The notes beneath the pieces are model-generated. The model was given only the letters and a program-made list of their open reading frames with translations, was not told the origin of the DNA and searched no databases. A stretch of DNA of 62,144 bases, counting the filler, from a bacterium (lineage in GTDB: Bacteria; J088; JAWLBW01): assembly GCA_041690355.1 (NCBI GenBank). It is 4 parts of 4 records of this genome, joined end to end, with 100 filler letters (N's around TTAATTAATTAA, not from the genome) between each part and the next. Parts side by side here need not be neighbours in the genome. Positions count along the whole stretch, not along the records: positions 19,143 to 48,634 come from JAWLHK010000031.1; 3 more parts are not named here. One strand, given 5' to 3'. A program made the translations under genes and the position numbers. Below, piece after piece: positions 38,298 to 48,582 of the stretch; position 1 is the stretch's first letter; every line of letters starts with the position of its first letter.

Positions 38298-39329
38298 ATG
38301 CAGATGGAGCCGGTTGCCGTCATCGGTGCGGGAAGCTGGGGCACCGCACTTGCTTTGCTCATGGCCGACAAAGGCCACCCCGTGCGGCTGTGGGTGCACG
38401 GCGAGGAGAACTGCCGCGCGCTGGTCGACCATCGGGAGAACCGAACCTACCTGCCCGGCTACCCGCTCCCCGACAACCTGACCCCCACCCGCGACTTTGC
38501 CGAAGCGTTGCGCGGCGCGCGGCTCGTGCTCAGCGTGACCCCCTCGCATGCCGTGCGCGACGTCATGCGCCAGGCGGGTCCCCACATCGAGAGGGACGCG
38601 ATCATCGTCTCGGCCTCGAAGGGGATCGAAAACGACACGCTGCTCACCATGGACGGCGTGCTGCGCGAGGTGCTTCCGGCGCACCTGCACGAGCGCCTGA
38701 CCTTTCTCTCGGGGCCGAGTTTCGCCAAGGAAGTCGCCGCGCGGCTTGCGACCGTGGTCGTCGTCGCCGCTACACAGGACGACCTGGCGGCGAAGGTGCA
38801 GAGCGCGCTGTACACACCCTACTTCCGCGTCTATCGCAACACCGACGTCATCGGCACCGAGATCGCCGGTGCGCTCAAGAACGTCATCGCCATCGCCACG
38901 GGAGCCATCTCAGGCTTCGGGCTGGGCGACAACGCGCGGGCGGCTACGATCACGCGCGGACTGGGTGAGATCGCGCGCTTGGGGGTCAGCCTCGGCGCCA
39001 ACCCGATGACCTTTCTCGGACTTGCGGGGATGGGCGACCTCGTCCTCACGTGCACGGGAGAACTGAGCCGCAACCGGCGCGTCGGCTTCGAGATCGGCAA
39101 GGGGCGCAAGCTCAAGGACGTGCTCGCCGAGATGAAGATGGTGGCCGAGGGGGTGCGCACGACGAAGAGCGCCTACGATCTCTCGAAGAAGCTCGGCATC
39201 GAGCTGCCGATCATCGACCAGGTTTACGAAGGGCTCTACCACGACAAGCCGATGTCAGAGGTCGTGGCCGACCTGATGGGGCGTTCCCTCAAGAGCGAAT
39301 GGCAGGACATTCCGGTTCGCAGCGCTTGA
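38298..39329 (+). CDS. gpsA: NAD(P)H-dependent glycerol-3-phosphate dehydrogenase
   Basis: GAGSWGTALA, SKGIE, LSGPSFA, GALKNVIAIA, GLAGMGDLVLTC, SRN. Confidence 0.97.
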   Translation: MQMEPVAVIGAGSWGTALALLMADKGHPVRLWVHGEENCRALVDHRENRTYLPGYPLPDNLTPTRDFAEALRGARLVLSVTPSHAVRDVMRQAGPHIERDAIIVSASKGIENDTLLTMDGVLREVLPAHLHERLTFLSGPSFAKEVAARLATVVVVAATQDDLAAKVQSALYTPYFRVYRNTDVIGTEIAGALKNVIAIATGAISGFGLGDNARAATITRGLGEIARLGVSLGANPMTFLGLAGMGDLVLTCTGELSRNRRVGFEIGKGRKLKDVLAEMKMVAEGVRTTKSAYDLSKKLGIELPIIDQVYEGLYHDKPMSEVVADLMGRSLKSEWQDIPVRSA

Positions 39330-39342
39330 GGGCGCTGCGAAC

Positions 39343-39570
39343 CATTCCTGATTCCTGATTCTTGATTCCTGAGCAGCAAGGGCCGGGAAAAGCACCCGAG
39401 CGCTGAGCACTAAGCGCCAAGCGCCGATGCCCCAGGGGGCAGCCGGAAACTGTGTCCGTTCCGGCAAATCCTCAATCGGGCCTTTCGCTATGCCCGATGC
39501 TCAATGCCCAACGAAGCTAGTACCTTCTGGATCAGGTACGTTCCGGCAAATCGTCAATCGTCAATCGTAC
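39343..39570. repeat. Heptamer arrays (ATTCCTG)n, (AGCGCCA)n, (CAATCGT)n between convergent genes
   Basis: Directly visible tandem 7-mers. Confidence 0.75.
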
Positions 39571-39584
39571 TTTGTAAATTGAGG

Positions 39585-40064
39585 TCACGCGGCGAGCGGT
39601 TCCCCTTGGTCTTCCAGCAGCGGCAGCAGGAAGGCCGGATCGGCGGCTTTGCGGTCGCGCACGATGAGCACGTGGGCCTCGGCGTCGGTAGCCAGGGTGT
39701 CGCCGAGCCAGATGCGCTGCCGGATGAGCAGCGCCTTGCCCTGGATCGACTCGTAGCGCGATTCGATCTCGAACCGGGCCCCCGCGCGCACTTCTTTGCG
39801 GTAACGCACGTTCATCGTGCCGACCACCATGTGCCACTTCTCGCGGCGCGCCTGTTCGAAGAGCCCCAGGCGCAGAAAGAGATCGGTGCGGCCCGCGTCG
39901 AACAGTTCCAGATACCGGGCGTTGTTGATGTGGCCCAGCCAGTCGCAGTCGGCCCGCGAGGCGCGCAGCCGCAGGCGGCTCACCGCGCCGCGCGGCTTGC
40001 CCTGCCGCCACCAGCGGGCGACGACGGCGAGAATGCGCAAGTGGTAGCGAAACATGAGGCTCAT
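39585..40064 (-). CDS. Acyl-CoA thioesterase (4HBT/hotdog fold)
   Basis: DCDWLGHINNARYLELFDAGR. Confidence 0.9.
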   Translation of the reverse strand: MSLMFRYHLRILAVVARWWRQGKPRGAVSRLRLRASRADCDWLGHINNARYLELFDAGRTDLFLRLGLFEQARREKWHMVVGTMNVRYRKEVRAGARFEIESRYESIQGKALLIRQRIWLGDTLATDAEAHVLIVRDRKAADPAFLLPLLEDQGEPLAA

Positions 40065-40079
40065 GACGGAACTTTCAGC

Positions 40080-40099
40080 TGAATGAATGGTTATTCATT
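40080..40099. promoter_or_regulatory. Putative TetR-family operator
   Basis: TGAATGAATGGTTATTCATT; AATGAAT-N4-ATTCATT palindrome ~16 bp upstream of the thioesterase start. Confidence 0.55.
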
Positions 40100-40195
40100 T
40101 TAGCACAACCCCCTCCGTTCCGCTCCCGGGGGCTTGCCGTCAGGGCTCCCGGCGGCTACGATGCTGAGACGCCCCGGTCGCTATCTGCGGATGTC

Positions 40196-41011
40196 GTGCA
40201 GCCAACCTTTCTGACTCCCCTCGCCGAACAGCTCCTGCTGGGCCAGAACCTGTTTCTCGGCCTCGTGACGGCCGTCGCCCTTTACTGGGTCTACACGATT
40301 TCGCGCGCCGCCCCCCCGGATGGCCGCCGGGCCCTGGCCGGGCAGACCGTGCTCTTTCTCGGCATCTGGCTGTCGCTCTCGGCGACCATCGCCGACACCG
40401 GCTGGCTGAACCGCGAATCGCTCAATCCGCCGCCGATGCTGCGCATTCTCATGGTGCCCCTGGCCACCGCCTTTCTGGTCGCGTGGTCGCCGGCGGGCAC
40501 GCGGGCCGCGCAACAGGTCGGGCTGGGGTGGCTCATCGGCTTCCAGGTCTTCCGCATCCCCCTCGAGCTGGTCGTGCTCGGGCTGAGCGCGCGCGGCTAC
40601 TATCCGGAACGGCTGACCGTCGCGGGGTGGAACTATGACCTGTTCGTGGGCGTGACCGCTCTGCCCGTGGCCCTGCTCGCGGCGAAGGGCCGCCTCTCGG
40701 GGCGCGCCATCGTTTTCTGGAACGGGACGGGCACGCTGCTGCTCGCCGTGAGCATGGGGCTGTGGGCCATGTCGCTCCCCGGGCAGCTGCGGGTTTTTCT
40801 CGACGAGCCCTCGGCTGAAATCCTGCTGCGTACGCCGTGGGTCTGGATGCCCCTGTTTCTGCAGCCCGCCGCGCTGCTCGCCCACCTGCTCGTTTTCCGC
40901 CTCGAAGAGCGCATCCTGACCCCCGAGGGCGAGGCGGCGAAGCTCGGCCGGGCGGCCGTCAATCCGAACGCCTACTCCTCGTCCTCTTCTTCCTCTTCTT
41001 CGGCGATGTAG
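40196..41011 (+). CDS. Integral membrane protein, hypothetical
   Basis: LIGFQVFRIPLE, GWNYDLFVG, FWNGTG; multiple TM segments. Confidence 0.75.
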   Translation: MQPTFLTPLAEQLLLGQNLFLGLVTAVALYWVYTISRAAPPDGRRALAGQTVLFLGIWLSLSATIADTGWLNRESLNPPPMLRILMVPLATAFLVAWSPAGTRAAQQVGLGWLIGFQVFRIPLELVVLGLSARGYYPERLTVAGWNYDLFVGVTALPVALLAAKGRLSGRAIVFWNGTGTLLLAVSMGLWAMSLPGQLRVFLDEPSAEILLRTPWVWMPLFLQPAALLAHLLVFRLEERILTPEGEAAKLGRAAVNPNAYSSSSSSSSSAM

Positions 41012-43485
41012 TGCTCGGGATACGGGGCGTCGCCCATGCGGTGGTGCCAGAGTATCCGCCCGAGGTTGGGGATCTGATCGGGCTGATCGAGCGAATGGGG
41101 CGAGAGGTAGGCGCTGCTGATTTCCTGGCAATTGTGGTATTCGATGCCGCCGATGTCGACCGTGGCCGGGTCGTCGGCCTTGACCATGCGGAACTTGTCG
41201 TCGCCGAGCGGGATGTAATCGAACGGTTCCAGATCGGGCTCTTCCTGAAAGGCGTCGTAGAGCGGCGTCGCCAGTTCCTCATAACGGCTCGTGGGGGCCA
41301 CGCCGAGCATCAGCCCCATCGTGCGGTGGATGCTCGGGAAGCTGACGTGCACCTTGCTCGTCCAGCCCCGCTTCGCATAGGGGCTCGCGACCATGAGGAT
41401 GGAGCGGTGTCCGTCAATGTGGTCGGGGGCGCTCTGCGGATCGTCCTCAAAAATGAATACGGCCGTCTCTTTCCAGAACGGGCTCTTCGAGATGGCGTCG
41501 ATGACCATGCCGGTGCCTTCGTCGTTGTCCATGATCTCCGAGACGGGATACGGATTGCCGGCGCTGCAGCCCGACGTGTGATCGTTGGGGAGCCAGATGG
41601 TCACGAGGCTGGGAAAGATGCCCTGCTTGAGTTCGTCGATGAAGATGCGCGCCTTGTCGCGGTCGCGGATGTGCAGCGACCAGGTGGGAAACTTCCACGC
41701 GATCTTGTCGCGGAACAGCGTGGTCGACTGGCGCGCGATGGCCGAGATGTCGCCGTAGATGCGCAGGTCGCGCCCGGCGTCGAGCACGTTATGCATGAGG
41801 CTCCCGCCGCCGCCGCGGCTCGCCGGTTCGATGCCGGGGAGAAAGAGGGAGTCGCGCTCGTTGCCCCACATGGCCATCCAGACCTTCTCGCTGAAGTCGT
41901 TGCTCCACCCGTTGGTCGCCCAGATGTGCCCCTGGATGCTCTGCTCCGGCTCGCTGTAGTAGTTGTCGTGGCTCGCGAAGCGCTCGGCAATCTTGCGCAG
42001 GTTCGGCGTGATCTCCTGGCCCCAGATGGCCAGCTCGGGCTTGCCGCGCGCAGGGTTGGCGAGGCCGGGATAGTCGCCGAGCAGCGAATCGTAGGTCTTG
42101 TTCTCGCGGATGATGTAGACGACGTGCTTGATGGGCGACGGCTGGCCCACTTTGAGCGGAACCGGACCGCGCACCTGTTCGCAGCCCGGCTTGAACAGCG
42201 TGCGCGCTACGTTGTTGTTGCGTTCGACGGTGGCGTTGAGCGCGTTCAGCTCCGCATCGTTCGGCGTCGGCATCAGCGTGAGGGTCCCCTTCTGCGTGGT
42301 GCCTACCGCGAGCGGGCTGAACGGGTCGCTGCCGCCGTGCTGGAATGGATCGGTGTTGCCGGCGCCGAAACCCTTGGCGTTCACGATGGCGAGCATGTCG
42401 CCCTGTTTCCCCTCGGCGAGCGTCGTGGGGTACCAGCCCGTCGGGATGGAGCCTAGCGGCATCAGGTCTGTCGTGCGGAACACGGCGACGGCATTCTCGC
42501 CGGCCATGACGACGTAGAGGCGCATGCCGTCGCCCGACAGCTGCACGTCGACGGGGCTCTTGCCGATGGGGGCGTCGGGGCGATCCTTGAGATCGATGGT
42601 CTGCACGCCTTCGGCACTCTCGAAGCGCGTCGTGTCGAAGACGCTCACGGTGTCGGAGTCGGAGTTGGCGACGTAGAGGCGGCTCCCGTCGCGCGACAGG
42701 GCGACCCCTTCGGGATTACGCCCCACGAGAACGGTGGTGACGGCGCCGTCGGTGAGACGCACGCGGCTCACCGAGTTCGATCCGAGATTCGAGACGTAGG
42801 CGTGCACGCCGTCGGTGGTCACGCCGTAGGGATAAGTCTGCACCGTGTAGGTGGCCTGGATCTCACCGTCGCTCAGGCGCACGCGGTGCAGTTCGTGGCG
42901 GTGAAAACCGGTGACGAGCAGCTCGTCGCCCGAGGGGGTCAGGGCGAGCCCCGCGGGGTAATGCGGAACCGGGATGCGCCGCTCGATGGCCGGTGCCTCG
43001 GGGTCGCTGGTGTCGACGACGATGACTTCCTGGGCGCCGCCGCCGGCCGCGTACAGCCGCTTGCCGCTCGACGAGTAAACGAGGTCGCCGAAGAGCTGCT
43101 TCACGGGCAGCGTGACGGCGCGGGCGCTCTCGGCGTGCACGAAGGTGATGGACTGCGAATTGCCCGGCAGGTCGGCCTTGCCGTTGTTGCCGACGGCGAA
43201 CCAGGCGCCGCGCGGGTCGGCGGCGACGCGGATGGGAAAGGTCTGCATGCGCAGGCTGATGCCCGGCGGCGTCACCCAGCGCCCGTTGGGGATCTTGACG
43301 GGGCGCGCGCGGTGCACGCCGTAGAGCAGGACTTCGAAGTCGGCCTCGCCGGCGGTCAGGGCGCCGGTCGGATCGAAGTCGCCCAGCTCGCAGGTGGTGT
43401 CGACGGGATCGACGAAGGCCACCTGGCTCGAACAGGCGCCGAGCAGCAGGGCGGCGGCGGTAAGCAGTCGAAAGGTCTCGCGCAT
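40972..43485 (-). CDS. Lipoprotein: YncE/YVTN beta-propeller fused to phosphoesterase domain
   Basis: LLGAC lipobox; VGRNPEGVALSRDGSRLYVANSDSDTVSV; IKHVVYIIRENKTYD; LPNDHT; EDDPQSAPDHIDGHRS. Confidence 0.88.
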   Translation of the reverse strand: MRETFRLLTAAALLLGACSSQVAFVDPVDTTCELGDFDPTGALTAGEADFEVLLYGVHRARPVKIPNGRWVTPPGISLRMQTFPIRVAADPRGAWFAVGNNGKADLPGNSQSITFVHAESARAVTLPVKQLFGDLVYSSSGKRLYAAGGGAQEVIVVDTSDPEAPAIERRIPVPHYPAGLALTPSGDELLVTGFHRHELHRVRLSDGEIQATYTVQTYPYGVTTDGVHAYVSNLGSNSVSRVRLTDGAVTTVLVGRNPEGVALSRDGSRLYVANSDSDTVSVFDTTRFESAEGVQTIDLKDRPDAPIGKSPVDVQLSGDGMRLYVVMAGENAVAVFRTTDLMPLGSIPTGWYPTTLAEGKQGDMLAIVNAKGFGAGNTDPFQHGGSDPFSPLAVGTTQKGTLTLMPTPNDAELNALNATVERNNNVARTLFKPGCEQVRGPVPLKVGQPSPIKHVVYIIRENKTYDSLLGDYPGLANPARGKPELAIWGQEITPNLRKIAERFASHDNYYSEPEQSIQGHIWATNGWSNDFSEKVWMAMWGNERDSLFLPGIEPASRGGGGSLMHNVLDAGRDLRIYGDISAIARQSTTLFRDKIAWKFPTWSLHIRDRDKARIFIDELKQGIFPSLVTIWLPNDHTSGCSAGNPYPVSEIMDNDEGTGMVIDAISKSPFWKETAVFIFEDDPQSAPDHIDGHRSILMVASPYAKRGWTSKVHVSFPSIHRTMGLMLGVAPTSRYEELATPLYDAFQEEPDLEPFDYIPLGDDKFRMVKADDPATVDIGGIEYHNCQEISSAYLSPHSLDQPDQIPNLGRILWHHRMGDAPYPEHYIAEEEEEEDEE

Positions 43486-43737
43486 GGGGGAACCCGGGAA
43501 AGTGGCAGGGGGTTATATTCTACCACCCCGCCTTCCGGGGTTCCCGGTCGCCTTCCCGCGCGTTCCCAGAGGGTCCGATCTGTTTTCCGCGAACTTCCCC
43601 GACAGCTCCGGAAGTGGCCGGGCGCGCAGCGCCGGCGCGACAAGCCGCCCCCGGGTCTGCGGCGGGTCGGACGGGTAGACACTCCGTCCCTGAAAGTGCG
43701 GGGGTGCGCCGGGCTATGATGTAGACGGCGCGGGCAG

Positions 43738-43782
43738 AAAGAAAAAGGCCCGGACCGGGAAGGAGAGAACCGGTTCGGGCCT
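43738..43782 (-). terminator. Intrinsic terminator downstream of pal
   Basis: Minus strand AGGCCCGAACCGG...CCGGTCCGGGCCT-TTTTCTTT. Confidence 0.65.
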
Positions 43783-43847
43783 GGGTTGATGCGGAAGGAT
43801 GCGTACGGGGAGGGAGGAGTACGCACCCGCCGCAGCGTTCGTACCTC

Positions 43848-44420
43848 TTACTGAAGTTCGCGGAACTGTGCGCGGCGATTGCGGGCCCAGGCGTTCTCGT
43901 TCGACGCCGAATCGACCGGCATCTCTGCGCCGTAGCTGACGGTTTCGAGCCGTGAGCTGTCGATACCGAGGCGCGTCAGGTAGTCGCGCACGGCCTTCGC
44001 CCGGCGTTCACCGAGGGCCAGGTTATACTCCGAGGGGCCGCGCTCGTCGGTGTGCCCTTCGACGACGATGCGGGCTTCGGGGTTGGCGCGCAGAAACTCG
44101 GCGTTGTTCCGCAGCTGTTCCTGCATCTCGACGGTCAGCTCGGCGCTGTCGAAGGGGAAATGGACGACGACGAGCTCGTGCATTTCGGCGGCGCCGAACA
44201 TGTCGGTGCCCCGGGCGCCCTTGTCGGCCAGCCGGGCCCCGTCGGCGGCCTGTTCGGCGCTGTGGGCCGGGGCGGTCGCGGCGGCCTGGCTCCCGGCGGC
44301 GTCGCGGGCGGCGGCTTCTTCAGCCTTCTTGGAGCAGCCCGCGGCGACGAGCAGGGGCAGGGCGGCGAATACGAGACGATGGGGCTTGAATACGGCGGTC
44401 ATGGATTTCAGGGTAATCAT
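43848..44420 (-). CDS. pal: Peptidoglycan-associated lipoprotein (OmpA domain)
   Basis: VAAGC lipobox, VHFPFDS, VEGHTDERG..EYNLALGERRA, VSYG, NRRA; start 44420 or 44402. Confidence 0.92.
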   Translation of the reverse strand: MITLKSMTAVFKPHRLVFAALPLLVAAGCSKKAEEAAARDAAGSQAAATAPAHSAEQAADGARLADKGARGTDMFGAAEMHELVVVHFPFDSAELTVEMQEQLRNNAEFLRANPEARIVVEGHTDERGPSEYNLALGERRAKAVRDYLTRLGIDSSRLETVSYGAEMPVDSASNENAWARNRRAQFRELQ

Positions 44421-44679
44421 AATTCGAATCTCCTCGGGCAGTGGCCCGGATATACGGCATCGGCCTTGCACCGATAACCTGAGCAAACGCCGTGCCAGCC
44501 TGCGCCCGCTTGGGTACACTCTTGAGTACAGACTAGTCGAAGCACGTTCGCGCAAGAAGGGGGGGCCGGGACCCATGGCGCGTTTTCTGCAGTCCCCTGC
44601 AGAGTTACCCCCGTTCGCACGATCGCCGTCCGTCAACGGCCTTGCGCTCAGCCGGGCGGGGTGAAGAAGGGTTCCACAC

Positions 44680-46278
44680 GTGTTGCAGGACGCCACACCA
44701 GACACGCCCGTCGCGGCCGCATCTCCGCTTTCGCTCGCGGCACGGGTGCGCGCGCGCCTCATGCAGGCGAACCGCCCCGTGCGCCTGGGCACGAAGATCA
44801 GTCTCTATCTGACCTTCGCGCTGGTCATCATTCTCTCGGTCTATGCGCTCGACATGCTCGGCAAGCGGCGCATCAATCTCATCGAGCGGATGAAGGACGA
44901 GACCCTCACGGTGGGCACGGCCCTGGCCATCCCGCTCGAAGAGGCCCTGCGCGACCGCGAGTTCTACCGCCTGCAGCCGCTGGTCGACGCCTCGAGCCAG
45001 ATCGGCGACATCTACGGCCTGTACGTGGTCGACGCGCGCGGCAGCATCCGCATGAAGACGGCGGGCGCCTTCGATCTGGTCGATGCCGATCTGGTGCGCG
45101 CCTCGCTGCGCCACGACCGCAACGAAGACCGGTTTCTCTCGGTCAACGGCATTCCGGTTTATTCCCTCTATCTGCCGCTGCACATCACCGACGAAGAGAC
45201 GGCGGGCGTGCTCGTGGTGGCCCGCAGCCTGGGCACCCTGCAGCTCGAACTGGACCAGCTGCAGTCGTCGACGCTCACGGCGGTACTGATCTTGCTAGCC
45301 GTACTGCTGGTGGGTTCCGTCGTGCTCATCCGGCAATCGGTGACGGTGCCGGTGAACGTGCTCGTCGAAGCCATCTACCAGATCGGCAGCGGGCGGTATC
45401 GGTACCGGATTCCCGTGCCGGGGGGCGCCGGGCGCGAAATCGTCGAGCTGGCCGCCTCCATCGAACACATGGGGCGCCGCCTTGAAGAGGAGCACCGCAA
45501 GCTCGAAGACGAAACCGCCCGGCGCGTCGAGCTCGAAGCCAGCCTGCGGCAGGCCGACAAGCTGGCGACGCTGGGGCAGGTGGCGGCCGGGCTGGCCCAT
45601 GAGATCGGCACGCCGCTGAACATCATCGGCGGGCGGGCCGACATGGCGCTGCGGCGCGTCGAGGACCCGGGGCGGGTGAAGGAGTATCTGGAGACGATTC
45701 GCAAGCAGGTCGATCGCATCACCGAAACGGTGCAGCGCCTGCTCAACGTCTCGCGCCGCCAGGACCGCCGGCGGGGATCGGTGACCCTGGTCGACGTGCT
45801 GTCAGACACGGTGGCGCTGCTCAATCCGACGGCGACGAAGGCGGGGGTCACGCTGCGGTTCGAGGCGCTGGCGCGCGGGGTGGTGACGGGCGACGGAGAG
45901 CTGCTGCAGCAGGTGTTCACGAATCTGATTCTGAACGCCGTGCAGGCATCCCCGGCCGACAGCCGGGTCGACATCGTGCTGCAGCCGGTGACGGCGGCCC
46001 CGGCGGGGCTCGATCTGCTCACGCGGCCGTATGTCGAGGTGTCGGTGAGCGATCAGGGTACCGGCGTGCCCGAGGAGGCCCGGCAGCGGATTTTCGAACC
46101 GTTCTTCACGACGAAACCCGTGGGTGCGGGTACCGGGCTCGGCCTGGCCATCTGCGCGGGGATCGTCAAGGAACACGAGGGCTTCATCCGGGTGAGCGAC
46201 AGCGCCGCCGGGGGAGCGAAATTTTCAGTTTATCTTCCGGCCGACGCTGCGGCGGCGGCAAGCGGAGCACAGGCATGA
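44680..46278 (+). CDS. HAMP-domain membrane sensor histidine kinase
   Basis: Two TM segments, HAMP, LAHEIGTPL, NLILNA, DQGTG, FEPFFTTK, GTGLGL. Confidence 0.93.
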   Translation: MLQDATPDTPVAAASPLSLAARVRARLMQANRPVRLGTKISLYLTFALVIILSVYALDMLGKRRINLIERMKDETLTVGTALAIPLEEALRDREFYRLQPLVDASSQIGDIYGLYVVDARGSIRMKTAGAFDLVDADLVRASLRHDRNEDRFLSVNGIPVYSLYLPLHITDEETAGVLVVARSLGTLQLELDQLQSSTLTAVLILLAVLLVGSVVLIRQSVTVPVNVLVEAIYQIGSGRYRYRIPVPGGAGREIVELAASIEHMGRRLEEEHRKLEDETARRVELEASLRQADKLATLGQVAAGLAHEIGTPLNIIGGRADMALRRVEDPGRVKEYLETIRKQVDRITETVQRLLNVSRRQDRRRGSVTLVDVLSDTVALLNPTATKAGVTLRFEALARGVVTGDGELLQQVFTNLILNAVQASPADSRVDIVLQPVTAAPAGLDLLTRPYVEVSVSDQGTGVPEEARQRIFEPFFTTKPVGAGTGLGLAICAGIVKEHEGFIRVSDSAAGGAKFSVYLPADAAAAASGAQA

Positions 46279-47657
46279 CCAACCAGACGTACCGGATTCT
46301 GATTGTCGAAGACGACGAGGCCATGGGGGCCTACGTGCGCGAACTGCTCGAAGAAGAGGGGCACCAGGTCACGCACGCCACGACGGGGCAGCAGGGGCTT
46401 GCCAAGCTGCAGAGCGAGTCGCCCGACCTGGTCATCAGCGACCTCGAACTCGGCGGCGAGATTCGCGGGCTCGACGTGCTCGACCGCTGCCGCGCCATGC
46501 CGCAGCCGCCCGAGGTCATCATCGTGACCGCCTTCGCCACGGTCGACACGGCGATTCGCGCCCTGAAGAGCGGCGCCGCCGATTACCTGACCAAACCCTT
46601 CCGCGCCGAGGCGCTGCAGGTGGCCGTGAGCCGCGCGCTCGAGCGGCGCTTTCTGCGCGGCGAGGTCAAGCGCCTGCAGAGCGAGGTCGAGCAGAAGCAC
46701 AGCTTTCACAACCTCGTCGGTTCGAGCCCGGCCATGCGCCACGTCTTCGACATGATCGAGCGCATCGCCGTCAGCCCGGGCAGCGTGCTCATCACGGGCG
46801 AGAGCGGCACGGGCAAGGAGCTCGTGGCGCGCGCTATCCACTATGCAAGCCCGCGGCGCACGGGGCCGTTCGTGGCCGTCAACTGCGCGGCCATCCCCGA
46901 CTCGCTGCTCGAAAGCGAGCTCTTCGGCCACGTGAAGGGGGCCTTCACCGACGCGCGCGCCGACCGGGCCGGCCTTTTCCGCGAGGCCAACGGCGGAACC
47001 CTGTTCCTCGACGAAGTGAGCGAGATTTCGCCGGCCATGCAGAGCAAGCTGCTGCGCGTGCTGCAGGAGCAGGAGCTGCGGCCGGTGGGCAGCGAGAAAG
47101 CGGTCAAGGTCGACGTGCGCATCGTCGCGGCCAGCAACCGCGATCCCGAGGAGCTGCGCTCGGGTAAGGTGCTCCGCCAGGATCTTTACTATCGTCTGAA
47201 CGTATTCCACCTCGCGCTGCCGCCGCTGCGCGAACGCGGCGAAGACGTGCTGCGCCTGGCCGCGCACTTCATCGGCGTCTCGGCAGAACGCATGAAGATG
47301 GCGTCGCCGGAACTCGGATCCGAAACGGTGCGCGCCATGCTGCGCTACCGCTGGCCTGGCAACGTGCGGGAGCTCGAGAACGCCATGGAGCGGGCCGTGA
47401 CCCTTGCGCGCGGCGGCCGCATCGAGCCCACCGATCTCCCCGATTCCCTGCAGAGTTCACCCAGCGGCGACTTTCTCGACATGGCGGTCTCGCGCCGCTT
47501 CTCGCTCGGCGAGCTCGAAACGCTCTACATCCGCCGCGTGCTTGCCGAGGTGGGGGGCAACAAGAGCCAGGCCGCGTCGATCCTGGGGATCGATCGGAGC
47601 ACGCTGTACCGCAAGCTCGAAGGCGAGGAGGGTGCGGCCAAGCGGTCGGTGGGGTGA
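46275..47657 (+). CDS. Sigma54-dependent response regulator (NtrC/AtoC family)
   Basis: Receiver, [41 protein letters not shown]. Confidence 0.95.
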   Translation: MTNQTYRILIVEDDEAMGAYVRELLEEEGHQVTHATTGQQGLAKLQSESPDLVISDLELGGEIRGLDVLDRCRAMPQPPEVIIVTAFATVDTAIRALKSGAADYLTKPFRAEALQVAVSRALERRFLRGEVKRLQSEVEQKHSFHNLVGSSPAMRHVFDMIERIAVSPGSVLITGESGTGKELVARAIHYASPRRTGPFVAVNCAAIPDSLLESELFGHVKGAFTDARADRAGLFREANGGTLFLDEVSEISPAMQSKLLRVLQEQELRPVGSEKAVKVDVRIVAASNRDPEELRSGKVLRQDLYYRLNVFHLALPPLRERGEDVLRLAAHFIGVSAERMKMASPELGSETVRAMLRYRWPGNVRELENAMERAVTLARGGRIEPTDLPDSLQSSPSGDFLDMAVSRRFSLGELETLYIRRVLAEVGGNKSQAASILGIDRSTLYRKLEGEEGAAKRSVG

Positions 47658-47662
47658 CGGGG

Positions 47663-47775
47663 GCACCAAGCACTAAGCGCTAAGCACCAAGCGCTGAGCG
47701 CCAAACCCGGCAAAGGCCTCTGCCATTGGTACTTTCCGGACAAATCGTCAATCGTAAATCGTAAATCGTCAATCA
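47663..47775 (-). repeat. Composite heptamer repeat, inverted copy of 25713-25806
   Basis: (GCACCAA)n-spacer-(AAATCGT)n. Confidence 0.8.
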
Positions 47776-47799
47776 GCGCTGAGTCATCGCCCGCCGGTT

Positions 47800-48276
47800 T
47801 CACGACCGGTTCAACAGGACGATGCCAGCATTGAGCGACGTGGCGTAGAGGACCCAGCCGAGATAGGGGAGCAGCAGAGCGCCCGCCACGCGATCGCGCG
47901 TGCGGAACACGGTCGCCGTGGCCGCGACCGTTCCGCTCAGGACCAGGATGATGGCCAGGCCGGCGCCCGCTTCTTCGGCGCCGAAGAACACCGGCGACCA
48001 CGCGGCATTGAGCGCCAGCTGCCCCCCGTACAGAGCGAGCGGGAAGGCGACCGGCATTTCGTCCCCTTTCCGCCAGATGCGCCAGGCGGCGACGGCCATG
48101 AGCACGTAGAGGGTCGTCCACGCCGGCCCGAAGACCCAGGCCGGGGGCGTCCACGCCGGCTTCTCGAGCGATTGGTACCAGCCGCCGGCCGTAAAGCGCG
48201 CGCCGAGCGCCGCCGCGCCCCCCACGAGCGCCAGCGAGACCCCGAGCGCGGCCGCCGATTTCCTGCCCCTGCGCAT
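47800..48276 (-). CDS. tspO: TspO/MBR family protein
   Basis: WYQSLEKPAWTPPAWVFGPAWTTLY, LNAAWSPVFF, PYLGWVLYATSLN. Confidence 0.93.
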   Translation of the reverse strand: MRRGRKSAAALGVSLALVGGAAALGARFTAGGWYQSLEKPAWTPPAWVFGPAWTTLYVLMAVAAWRIWRKGDEMPVAFPLALYGGQLALNAAWSPVFFGAEEAGAGLAIILVLSGTVAATATVFRTRDRVAGALLLPYLGWVLYATSLNAGIVLLNRS

Positions 48277-48453
48277 GGGGATCAGTGTGGGCGAGACAGG
48301 GGGGAAGAGGAACAGCGACGGGTCCGCAGGGCGGGCTTGATTCCAGCGTCCGGAGGGGGAGAGTGGGGGAGGGGGGGAGTGGGGGCCGAAGGCGAAGCGC
48401 CAAGCACCAAGCGCTGAGCGCCAAGCAGCAAGCACTGATCAAGCAAGGGCACA

Positions 48454-48582
48454 CCGTTCGCCCCGAGCTGACGGCGCGAAATGGAGTGGAGCGCGACAGC
48501 GAGGGGTCGCGCCTGGGTATCCATGTGCCTGTCTCGCCGTCGCTTCCGGCGCTGCCTTCGACCGGCGGCTCGACACGAACGG
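48454..48582 (-). repeat. ~130-bp MITE/REP-like dispersed repeat, copy 3 (inverted)
   Basis: Reverse complement of copy 1; also shares the adjacent ~55 bp (48394-48451 vs 33958-34013). Confidence 0.85.
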
